Shown one piece after another: positions 16,418-24,380 of a DNA stretch of 29,515 nt (positions within the stretch are counted from its first letter, which is position 1; the number at the start of each line of letters is the position of its first letter). This DNA comes from an uncultured Nitrosopumilaceae archaeon (GTDB lineage Archaea; Thermoproteota; Nitrososphaeria; Nitrososphaerales; Nitrosopumilaceae), in assembly GCA_964531195.1 (NCBI GenBank), contig CAZHDX010000002.1, positions 1 to 29,515 of the forward strand, in the 5' to 3' direction. Under the pieces are notes generated by a model. It had not been told where the DNA came from. It searched no databases and was given only the letters and a program-made list of their open reading frames with translations. Position numbers and translations under genes: made by a program.

Positions 16418-16457
16418 TAACATTGTTAAGTAGTAAAGCTACGCAACTCTTTATTAA
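16418..16457 (+). promoter_or_regulatory. 40-bp shared operator/promoter, copy 3 (upstream of the secreted helical protein)
   Basis: TAACAttGTTAagTAgtAAAGctacgcAAcTCTTTATTAA has the same spacing as copies 1 and 2 and ends 21 nt before the ATG at 16479. Confidence 0.72.
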
Positions 16458-16478
16458 ATAAATTTTTATTACGACTCT

Positions 16479-17450
16479 ATGCTTTCACAAACGCAACTTA
16501 ATGCATTAGCTGCATGTGTGTTACTGGTAATTCCAGCTGCTGCATTTGCTGACGATAATGCATCGACAAGAAATGCATCAAATGAATATTCTTATCTTGA
16601 TGCAATGCTTGCAAGAGCAACTTGTCAGACAAACTATGAGACTGGTCTTATTGGTTTTGCAATATCAGATATTGCAAGTATAGATGCAACTGTAATAAGT
16701 TCTGATTCGGCAAAATTAAGCACAGATTTGCAGACACTAAATGCAGATGTCAAAACTGAGAACAAAGTACAATTCAGGACAGATCTGAAATTATTTAGAT
16801 CGGAATCAAAGAATGCAACATTGGACCTGCGTTCTGCAATAAAAAATGCACACCCTACAGACGATGAAAAAGTCAAACTAAAAAGTGACATTAACAGCTT
16901 AAAGCAGAAATGGAAAAGCTGTACATTTGGAGTTGGTCACCAATTGGCCGATTTAAAAATCCATGCTTTTGGAATGGACATACAAAAACTAGAAAATAAA
17001 ACTCGTCACTTGGAATCAAAAGGAGTAAACACAACTCATCTAAATGAGCTAATTACTCGTGCCCAAGCAAATCTTGGTAATCTAACCACCTCGGTTGATT
17101 CAGCAAACGATTCAACTGAATTAAAGGCCGCACTCAAAGGCTATTGTCAATACAATGGCTGTAAAGAAGGAGTAAACTTTCATCTTGCTGCACAGGCATC
17201 TTTGACAGGAAAACAATCCGTATTGGATAAAATTAAATCAAACCCAAATTCGGGGCAATATAGTGAACAAATTGTCAAAGCACAGGCAGATCTGACAAAT
17301 GCAGAAAATATCTTAAATGAGGTTGGAACAAATCAATACACAGAGGAACAAAAGGCATCAGTCTGGGCATCTTTGCATGACGCAGGCGACATCATAAAAA
17401 ACCTATGGATCGAACTTGATGTAAAAATCAATACTACTTTAAATTCATAA
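16479..17450 (+). CDS. Secreted, mostly alpha-helical protein of unknown function
   Basis: Signal peptide ending ...AAAFA; heptad-rich sequence with four Cys in the mature region; 323 aa. Confidence 0.8.
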   Translation: MLSQTQLNALAACVLLVIPAAAFADDNASTRNASNEYSYLDAMLARATCQTNYETGLIGFAISDIASIDATVISSDSAKLSTDLQTLNADVKTENKVQFRTDLKLFRSESKNATLDLRSAIKNAHPTDDEKVKLKSDINSLKQKWKSCTFGVGHQLADLKIHAFGMDIQKLENKTRHLESKGVNTTHLNELITRAQANLGNLTTSVDSANDSTELKAALKGYCQYNGCKEGVNFHLAAQASLTGKQSVLDKIKSNPNSGQYSEQIVKAQADLTNAENILNEVGTNQYTEEQKASVWASLHDAGDIIKNLWIELDVKINTTLNS

Positions 17451-17561
17451 GTAATCCATAGACCTATTTTTTTATAATCAGAATATTCTCTGGCAATTTT
17501 TTATGAATAGTATAAAAGTGATTTAACATATAATATCTGCCACTTCATAAGAAAGTATTAT

Positions 17562-18515
17562 TTGATAAGTATACAAAACCTTACAAAACAATATCAAAAG
17601 ATAATTGCTGTTGACAATCTCAATCTAGAGATAAAACAAAACGAGGTTTTTGGATTGCTTGGTCCAAATGGCGCGGGTAAAACTACATTGATACATATGC
17701 TTGCGACATTACTAAAACCAACTTCAGGTACAGCTACTGTAAATGGCTATAATATAATTACAGAGCCTGGAAAAGTACGATCATCAATCGGAATTGTGTT
17801 TCAGGCCCCAAGCAGCGATGATATGTTGACAGCTTATGAAAATCTCAGAGTTCATGCCTTTTTGTATCAAGTTCCATCTTCTGAAAAAGAGAAAAGAATT
17901 CAATCAGTACTAGAACTTGTTGGACTAGCTGAAAGACAACATGATCAAGTAAAAAAATATTCTGGGGGGATGAGAAGAAGACTTGAGATAGCTCGAGGTC
18001 TTTTACATAAACCAAAAGTGATGTTTCTTGACGAACCAACACTTGGCCTTGATCCAACCAGCAGAGAGATGATGTGGAAATATATTCAAAAGCTAGTAAA
18101 AGAGGAAAAAATGACGCTGATTCTTACTACTCATTACATGGAAGAAGCAGATCATCTCTGTAACAGAATTGGAATAATAGACCAAGGAAAAATAATTGCT
18201 CTTGATAGTCCTGTTAACCTGAAGAGATCAATAGGAGGTGATATTATCAAGATAAAGACAAAATCTCATCCTGATTTTGAGAGCATAAAAAAACTACACT
18301 ACGTTCGCAAGGCAGAATTTGTAGATGGAAATATGATCTTGTATGTTGATAATGCTCGAGCAAATATTCCTGATTTATTGCAACATGTCAATGCAGAAAA
18401 TGTTGAATTCAGATCACCAGATCTAAATGATGTATTTTTAAAACTCGCATCAAAAAACATCAAAGAAAGTGAAGAAGGAGGTTTTATGGAAAGATATGCC
18501 CAATATGGAAAATAA
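17562..18515 (+). CDS. ABC exporter ATP-binding subunit (DrrA/NodI-like)
   Basis: Walker A GPNGAGKTT, signature YSGGM, Walker B MFLDEPT and H-loop TTHYMEEA. Confidence 0.96.
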   Translation: MISIQNLTKQYQKIIAVDNLNLEIKQNEVFGLLGPNGAGKTTLIHMLATLLKPTSGTATVNGYNIITEPGKVRSSIGIVFQAPSSDDMLTAYENLRVHAFLYQVPSSEKEKRIQSVLELVGLAERQHDQVKKYSGGMRRRLEIARGLLHKPKVMFLDEPTLGLDPTSREMMWKYIQKLVKEEKMTLILTTHYMEEADHLCNRIGIIDQGKIIALDSPVNLKRSIGGDIIKIKTKSHPDFESIKKLHYVRKAEFVDGNMILYVDNARANIPDLLQHVNAENVEFRSPDLNDVFLKLASKNIKESEEGGFMERYAQYGK

Positions 18516-19278
18516 TTTTGCATTTTTTGAAAAGATATATGCACTTTGGTTAAGGGAGTTTAAGGTATTTTTACGTGAAAAAAGTAGATTGATTGCATCT
18601 ACCTTTACACCTCTGCTGTGGCTTTTCGTAGTAGGAATCGGCTTTGGATCTGTCGCTGCACAACCGGCCATCAGTTCTATTAGTTACCAAAAATTTATTT
18701 TTCCTGGAATAGTTTGTATGTCAATAATCTTTACTTCCATCTTCTTTGGTTCGTACATAATCTGGGACAGAAAGTTTGATTTTCTAAAAAGTGTCATGGT
18801 AGCTCCTGTCCACAGGGGAACAATTTTTGTAGGAAAGGCACTTGGCGGAATGACAAGTTCTCTTATCCAGGCTGCAATACTTCTGGCAATAGGAGCATTA
18901 ATTGGAATCACATATTCTCCGGTAGAAATACTTGAGACCATTGTCATAGTATTATTTCTCTCGTTTATTTTGACTTCATTAGGTCTTATCATGGGAAGCT
19001 TCATGCAGAGTTTGGAGGGATTTCAAATGATAGTAAGCTTTGTTGTCTTTCCGTTGTTTTTCCTAAGCGGTGCTCTTTTTCCTCTTGACAAGTTGCCTCA
19101 ATGGTTAACTGTGCTTACATCAATAGATCCAGCCACTTATGGTGTGGATGCAATGAGAATTGCAATTTTAGGAATAGGCAGTCATACTTTTGCAATCGAT
19201 ATTCTAGTTATGCTTGGATTCGCAATAGCTTTTGGAATAATAGGAGCTTATTCGTTTGCACGAATGAAAGCTGTTTGA
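18496..19278 (+). CDS. ABC-2 type exporter permease
   Basis: Six TM segments with YQKFIFPGIV, FFLSGALFP and DPATYGVDA motifs. Overlaps the ATPase stop; the start is probably the ATG at 18496 or 18505. Confidence 0.93.
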   Translation: MPNMENNFAFFEKIYALWLREFKVFLREKSRLIASTFTPLLWLFVVGIGFGSVAAQPAISSISYQKFIFPGIVCMSIIFTSIFFGSYIIWDRKFDFLKSVMVAPVHRGTIFVGKALGGMTSSLIQAAILLAIGALIGITYSPVEILETIVIVLFLSFILTSLGLIMGSFMQSLEGFQMIVSFVVFPLFFLSGALFPLDKLPQWLTVLTSIDPATYGVDAMRIAILGIGSHTFAIDILVMLGFAIAFGIIGAYSFARMKAV

Positions 19279-19292
19279 GAATAAATTGCAAA

Positions 19293-20285
19293 TTATTGTT
19301 TCAAATTATTTTCCAAGAATGATATCGTCTTATTCCAAGCATCTTTTGTCTCCGTTGGTGCATAGGTAGCACCTGATGGATTTGCAAAGGCATGTCCCAG
19401 TCCTGAATATATGTGGATCTCATTTTTTATCCCAAGACTATTCAATGAAGATTGAAAATCTTTTATTGATTGAACTGGAAAATTTTGATCCTTGTCACCA
19501 TAAAAACCCAAGACAGGCCAATTGATTTTAGATAACATTGTTGTGTTAGTTATTGGTTGTCCATAGTAGATTATTGTTCCATCAAGTTTGTTGCCACTTG
19601 TTGCATAATTTAGAGATTGACTTCCACCAAAACACCAACCAATAGTCGCAATTTTTTCTACATTATATTTTGTTTTGAGTAGTTTTATAGCTGAATTAAT
19701 ATTTGAAATTCCCTTTTGCTCGTTAAAAGAAAGCAAAAGCTGTCTTGCACCATCAGATGTTGTAGCAACCTGACCACCATAAAGATCAACTGCCAGTACA
19801 ACATATCCATGCGAAGCAAGATCCCTTGCCATGTTCTTTATGTTTTCATTCAGACCCCACCATTCATGAATCATGACAACGCCTGGAAAGCTTCCTTGCT
19901 GCGAGGGCCTTGCAAGAAAACCTATTGTGTCTTCAAAGTAATTTTCGGAGCTAGTCGTTATTTGAAAAGTACCTTTATCAAAAATTTCTGAATTTTTATG
20001 ACCTTTTGAATCATAGTCAGGGAGCACATGAACTGCCCAGCCTCGTTCTATTAGCACTGCCACAGTAGCTAATTTGAGACAGACAGGAATACCGTTGCTT
20101 TTTTTCATGAGCAGCTGTAAATTATCAGGACAGACTATCTGATTTATTGGAATATTCATCTTTACCTGTTTTAAGGGTGGTTCTACATGTGGTTTTGTAG
20201 CTTCAATTCCGTTGACGAATTGTGCAGAAAACCAAAATAAAATTACTGTAAAGGTTATGATAAAATAGATTAATCTTGAATCCAC
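19293..20285 (-). CDS. Exported dienelactone hydrolase family protein with an N-terminal PLKQ-C-C-RGW module
   Basis: HEWWGLN, nucleophile elbow GWCFGG, GDKD and GHAFAN give a Cys-Asp-His triad. GTG start followed by a hydrophobic N-terminus. Confidence 0.92.
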   Translation of the reverse strand: MDSRLIYFIITFTVILFWFSAQFVNGIEATKPHVEPPLKQVKMNIPINQIVCPDNLQLLMKKSNGIPVCLKLATVAVLIERGWAVHVLPDYDSKGHKNSEIFDKGTFQITTSSENYFEDTIGFLARPSQQGSFPGVVMIHEWWGLNENIKNMARDLASHGYVVLAVDLYGGQVATTSDGARQLLLSFNEQKGISNINSAIKLLKTKYNVEKIATIGWCFGGSQSLNYATSGNKLDGTIIYYGQPITNTTMLSKINWPVLGFYGDKDQNFPVQSIKDFQSSLNSLGIKNEIHIYSGLGHAFANPSGATYAPTETKDAWNKTISFLENNLKQ

Positions 20286-20351
20286 AGAAATGGATCAAAA
20301 ACATTGCATTTAAATTTAAAGAGATTTTTGTTTGGAAACTATTTCACAAAT

Positions 20352-21233
20352 TTAAACATGAATCATTCCGTTGCTTGCCAAATATTGTATTCCCTTGACA
20401 AAATCATCATCTGAAATCTGACCGTCTGCCCACCATCCTGCATTTGTTTTAACCCAGCTAGGTATCTGCTGTGATTGATTTGAACTGCTCTCAGTTTTTG
20501 GAACTTTTAAAATTTCTTGATTTATCAAGTATTGTATTCCTTGAATGAATTCAGAATCAGCTAGTTGCCCCTGAGACCACCATTTTGCATTGTTTTTAAT
20601 CCATGTCGGAATTTGTAATTCATCTTGGTGTCCAGAGATTGCAAAAATGTTTGTATCAATTAAATCATATCTGATTTCAGAAATGACGCCATGTTCAAGA
20701 GTTGTTTGTCCAGCAGGAGGATGATTTGTCAAATGAAGATATAACAGCACACCTGTTGCTTTGTCAAATGCCTCCTCGCCACTACTCTCGTTTGCAGAAT
20801 GTGCCGCAGCAACTACGATTCTTTGAGAATTACTAAAGTTTTGAATCTTTTCAGAATAATCAGCATTGTTTTTGTCTATTATAATTGGAATGGGATGGAG
20901 AACGATTATTGGGTAACCAATATCATTTGTAGTTTCATTATAAAATCCTGTTTCTAGATCTAGCACACCTTTTGATTGAATCTTGTTATCGCTTGTGACA
21001 CTTGTGATAATGAAATTGATCTTGTTTGTTCCAACATGACTGCCAAAGGTATAGGTATCTGTAGTGGACACATCACCAAATTTTGTAGAATATGTAAGAG
21101 AATCTCCATTATGGAGACAGATGCTTCCTTGTACACATTCTGAATCCGATTGGGATGAGGCATCGACATTCTCCGAGATTCCGGCTATACTTGTCACCAT
21201 AATCATAATGAGGAAAAATTTCACAGATTTCAT
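20352..21233 (-). CDS. Secreted protein with two tandem C-terminal 'IP.W.K.NA.WW..GQ..D..F..GIQYL' domains
   Basis: Signal peptide ending ...NVDA; two 36-aa C-terminal repeats. Confidence 0.85.
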   Translation of the reverse strand: MKSVKFFLIMIMVTSIAGISENVDASSQSDSECVQGSICLHNGDSLTYSTKFGDVSTTDTYTFGSHVGTNKINFIITSVTSDNKIQSKGVLDLETGFYNETTNDIGYPIIVLHPIPIIIDKNNADYSEKIQNFSNSQRIVVAAAHSANESSGEEAFDKATGVLLYLHLTNHPPAGQTTLEHGVISEIRYDLIDTNIFAISGHQDELQIPTWIKNNAKWWSQGQLADSEFIQGIQYLINQEILKVPKTESSSNQSQQIPSWVKTNAGWWADGQISDDDFVKGIQYLASNGMIHV

Positions 21234-21405
21234 AATAGAGCTGTTTCCAAATCTAGTTATAATTCCTTGTGTTATCTTTATTGATCGTTAGATAAAATTT
21301 TAGCTCATATTTTATAATAATTTCCAGAGGGCAGATGAAAACAATATTCTTTTGACATAATATTTTCAAGGTAGTGTTTTTATCAGACTAATTCATATGT
21401 ATAAC

Positions 21406-21759
21406 ATGGCTAAAAATGAAAGATCTGCCAACAATTGGACAAAATTGTGGAATGAATATTCTTCTGCGCTAGAAAAGTGGAGACAATCATTTCAATCATT
21501 TCAAAAGGCAAATGCGGAAATACAGACAAAATACGGCGAAGTAATGCAAAAGGCATTCAATGAGTCAAGTCAAACTAACATGAATCAGTTTCTTGATTCT
21601 TGGAAAAAAGCAATGGATCAAGCTGGTTTGAATGCCTTCAAAGAATTTGGTGAAAATTGGCAAAATGTAATGGACCAGTCAGGTATGAGTCAACTTAAAG
21701 CCTATGGTGAAATGATGGCAAAATTTGCTGAGACATGGGAAAAAATGTGGAGAAAATAA
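21406..21759 (+). CDS. Small Trp/Met/Gln-rich amphipathic helical protein (phasin/PhaE-like character)
   Basis: No Pro or Cys; roughly 19-aa internal periodicity. Start is the ATG at 21397 or 21406; a T-tract follows the stop. Confidence 0.75.
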   Translation: MAKNERSANNWTKLWNEYSSALEKWRQSFQSFQKANAEIQTKYGEVMQKAFNESSQTNMNQFLDSWKKAMDQAGLNAFKEFGENWQNVMDQSGMSQLKAYGEMMAKFAETWEKMWRK

Positions 21760-21842
21760 AAAAATTATCTTTTTTACAATTCATTAGATTCTTTGCATTT
21801 TGAGTTGCCAATTTCAGCCGTATTTTTATCAAAAACAAATGG

Positions 21843-21934
21843 GCGTGACCCTTTTTTCAGAACAAGGGAGATTACTTCCCACTGAATCGGTACCATTGCA
21901 CCTCATTCACTCGTTGGTTTCTGAAGGGCCACGC
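21843..21934 (-). ncRNA. Candidate structured small RNA (three-way junction)
   Basis: On the minus strand an 11-bp closing stem GCGUGGCCCUU/AAGGGUCACGC, then CAGAA/UUCUG, plus inner hairpins UGAAU..GGUGC-AAUG-GUACC..AUUCA and GGGA..UCCC. TATA-like TATAATATA about 35 nt upstream and a U-rich tract just downstream. Folded by eye only. Confidence 0.4.
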
Positions 21935-22153
21935 AAGTTCAATCCATTATTCTGCACTGAACAAGCATTGTATATTATAGGAATTCAAAGTATTTAAGAT
22001 AATCTTGTAATTTCTATATATAAAAAAACTAAGGAATATTGAATTTTATAAACAATTTACATAATATTGAAATATCTATAATTTGAAATAAGATCATTTC
22101 ACAAAATTTTAGATAACTATGAATTTAAAAATGGATTTTGTGAATAACAATAA

Positions 22154-22387
22154 TTGAATAATAAAGATTTAGAAGAATATTTAGCAGATTGCATAAAGAT
22201 ACTAGACGAAAATGTAGACTTGCTATCTAATATTGAGTTTGAACTTGAGCAGCAAAAAGAAGATGAACTTGTTCCAGAAATGAAGCTAACTGATTTAATT
22301 GACATGACTGAAGACATTGCAGATTCTTCAAGGCTAAAAAAGGCTGAATTTAGCTTTATGCAAAGACATTTGGAAAGATCAAAGTAG
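22154..22387 (+). CDS. Small acidic hypothetical protein
   Basis: 77-aa ORF with a TTG start, E/D-rich and helical; co-oriented with the next two genes. Confidence 0.6.
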   Translation: MNNKDLEEYLADCIKILDENVDLLSNIEFELEQQKEDELVPEMKLTDLIDMTEDIADSSRLKKAEFSFMQRHLERSK

Positions 22388-22431
22388 ATAACCATCACAA
22401 ACAAAAAATAAGACCTTTTGTGAATTTTATT

Positions 22432-22638
22432 ATGAAGGATATCAACGAAATCATGCCAAAGATCCCTAATATGAGATGGGGTGCATTATTGAACAAGTAT
22501 CCAACAAACGACAAGGTCAAACAGATGAACAAAATATTTCCAAAGAATGGTAAATGGCATACAGTCTTTGAAGAAGAAGATCAAGTATTTGTTGATGGAG
22601 TTCGCGTGTGGAAAAAGAACAAAGATTCCTGGACATAG
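22432..22638 (+). CDS. Small hypothetical protein (MKDINEIMPKIPNMRWGAL...)
   Basis: ATG at 22432; compact ORF with four Trp and typical codon usage. Confidence 0.72.
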   Translation: MKDINEIMPKIPNMRWGALLNKYPTNDKVKQMNKIFPKNGKWHTVFEEEDQVFVDGVRVWKKNKDSWT

Positions 22639-22705
22639 ATCAAGATAATTTTACCATTATCGATAATCAAAAAAAGATAAAACAGACTAGCTTTTTAATG
22701 AAAAT

Positions 22706-23206
22706 GTGGATGATTCTAATTCTCTTTTAGAGGATGCCTATGACCTTTGTCAAGAAGGTGAGCATACGTTGGCTCTTGAATACTATGATCTTGTGCTTCT
22801 CAAAGATCCAAATAATTTAATGGCTCTAATTGACAAGGGTGTTACTTTACAAAATCTTGGCAAGTATAAACAGGCAATAAAATGCTATGACAATGCTTTG
22901 TCGCTAGACTCTCAGAATAAAACAACTCTTGTCAACAAGGGTTCTGCTTTACACAGTCTTGGAAGATATCACGATTCGATTGAATGTTATGACATGGCTT
23001 TAAAGATCGACTCCAAATATGCTCTAGCCATAGCATACAAGGGATTATCTCTAGGTGAGATTGGACTGCTAAAGCAAGCCATAAAATGCTTCAATATGGC
23101 TTTGAAAATTAATAAAAAATATGATCTTGCCTTAAACAATAAAGCAATAGCACTGCAACTGCTCAAGGAGAATGTCAAAATTAAACCAAAATTACAAAAG
23201 CCATGA
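22706..23206 (+). CDS. Tetratricopeptide repeat protein
   Basis: About four 34-aa TPR units (e.g. ALIDKGVTLQNLGKYKQAIKCYDNALSLD). Confidence 0.93.
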   Translation: MDDSNSLLEDAYDLCQEGEHTLALEYYDLVLLKDPNNLMALIDKGVTLQNLGKYKQAIKCYDNALSLDSQNKTTLVNKGSALHSLGRYHDSIECYDMALKIDSKYALAIAYKGLSLGEIGLLKQAIKCFNMALKINKKYDLALNNKAIALQLLKENVKIKPKLQKP

Positions 23207-23259
23207 TAAGAATCGGCATCCCGCAATAAGATTAAACTAGAGAAGAGCAAAGTTAGATT

Positions 23260-24294
23260 GTGAAGTATTTAATCGCAATACTGTTATTGATATCCCTTCC
23301 AGCATGTTATGCCATATCTGTTGCCCCTGGCAGCACTGTACCTTTTTATATTAATGACGGAAATCTTAATGCAAATCACAGGGGAATTGACAACATATCA
23401 ACCTCTGGATTGGTAGATTTTACGATCAACGGAGTTCCAATCTCTGGTCCTTCCAGTATGACAGAGACCTCGGTAGACTCGGGAATTTTTTTGCTTTATC
23501 TAACAATCCCATCTACTGTTGACGGCAAGCAAGTCAAAGATGGAGACGTGGTTGTTATGACATATCACCAAGCAGCAGATTATTCTGGAAACCCAACTAC
23601 TATAACACAATCAGTCACAATATCTGAAGCTCCGTCATCAACTATTCCTTCTTCACAGAACAATGTAGGGATAGGACATATCTTTTCTCTAAAACTCTAT
23701 GCACCAAATTGGAATCTTGATTCTTTAGAACCTGATACAATTCCTCTTGATCTGATAGAATTTCGAGACGGTGGATTTGTTACCACTTTGGCAAATCCTG
23801 TTTTTGATATTCCAACATCAGGATTGAGAGAGACTGGACCCAATACAGATGTTTTTGCTGCTCAAATAAAAATTCCAAGGCAGATAGGCAGCTACACATT
23901 AGAGCTTGGTTCTACTATCGAATTTAGCTTTAAAGATCCAACCGGAGGAAATTTGGCTGAAACAAGTCACATAACGGCAAGACTTGGCTCTACAAGTTTG
24001 CAAAATGTTTTTCCATCAACTATCTCTGAACCTACAATAACATCAATAGATTCCATAAAATCACAAGGAAAGATTTGGTGCGATACTAATTCTGGTGATG
24101 CGGGTTTTATCAAAATACTCCAAAATCTTGTAGTAAACAAATTCATTATCGCAAAGTCAAATTTAGGCATGCAATTTCCGGCATGGTCTAAAAATACTAT
24201 ATGCTGGTGGTCAAATGAAAAGATAACTGACAATGACTTTCTTACTGGATTACAATTCTTATTTGATAAGAACCTAATCAAAGTTGGGTCATGA
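23260..24294 (+). CDS. Secreted S-layer-protein-like fragment (two Ig-like 'ETG/ETS' units) with a C-terminal WW-type surface domain
   Basis: Signal peptide ending ...ACYA; MTETSVDSGIF and LRETGPNTDVF motifs; C-terminal FPAWSKNTICWWSNEKITDNDF. Confidence 0.75.
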   Translation: MKYLIAILLLISLPACYAISVAPGSTVPFYINDGNLNANHRGIDNISTSGLVDFTINGVPISGPSSMTETSVDSGIFLLYLTIPSTVDGKQVKDGDVVVMTYHQAADYSGNPTTITQSVTISEAPSSTIPSSQNNVGIGHIFSLKLYAPNWNLDSLEPDTIPLDLIEFRDGGFVTTLANPVFDIPTSGLRETGPNTDVFAAQIKIPRQIGSYTLELGSTIEFSFKDPTGGNLAETSHITARLGSTSLQNVFPSTISEPTITSIDSIKSQGKIWCDTNSGDAGFIKILQNLVVNKFIIAKSNLGMQFPAWSKNTICWWSNEKITDNDFLTGLQFLFDKNLIKVGS

Positions 24295-24380
24295 GCAAAA
24301 GATTCGATAATATTTAAAAGATCCATAATTTCATAATTTCAAACCTTTTAATTAGAAAATGAAGTCAGCTATAATGATTA

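Noticed and set aside
20307-20319. Palindrome TTTAAATTTAAA
   Set aside because: It is pure A/T and best explained as the TATA region of the hydrolase gene; such palindromes are expected by chance here.
21843-21934. Hammerhead ribozyme or canonical C/D box guide RNA
   Set aside because: The CUGAnGA and GAAA cores are not both present on one strand. The C-like box (GUGAAUGA) is non-canonical and no D'/C' pair is evident.
21936-21945. GTTCAATCC resembling a tRNA T-loop
   Set aside because: The flanks do not form a T-stem and no cloverleaf or acceptor stem can be built.
21800-21997. 65-aa plus-strand ORF with a TTG start
   Set aside because: No motif or clear promoter was seen, and the region is better explained by a minus-strand RNA structure. 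It is not fully excluded.
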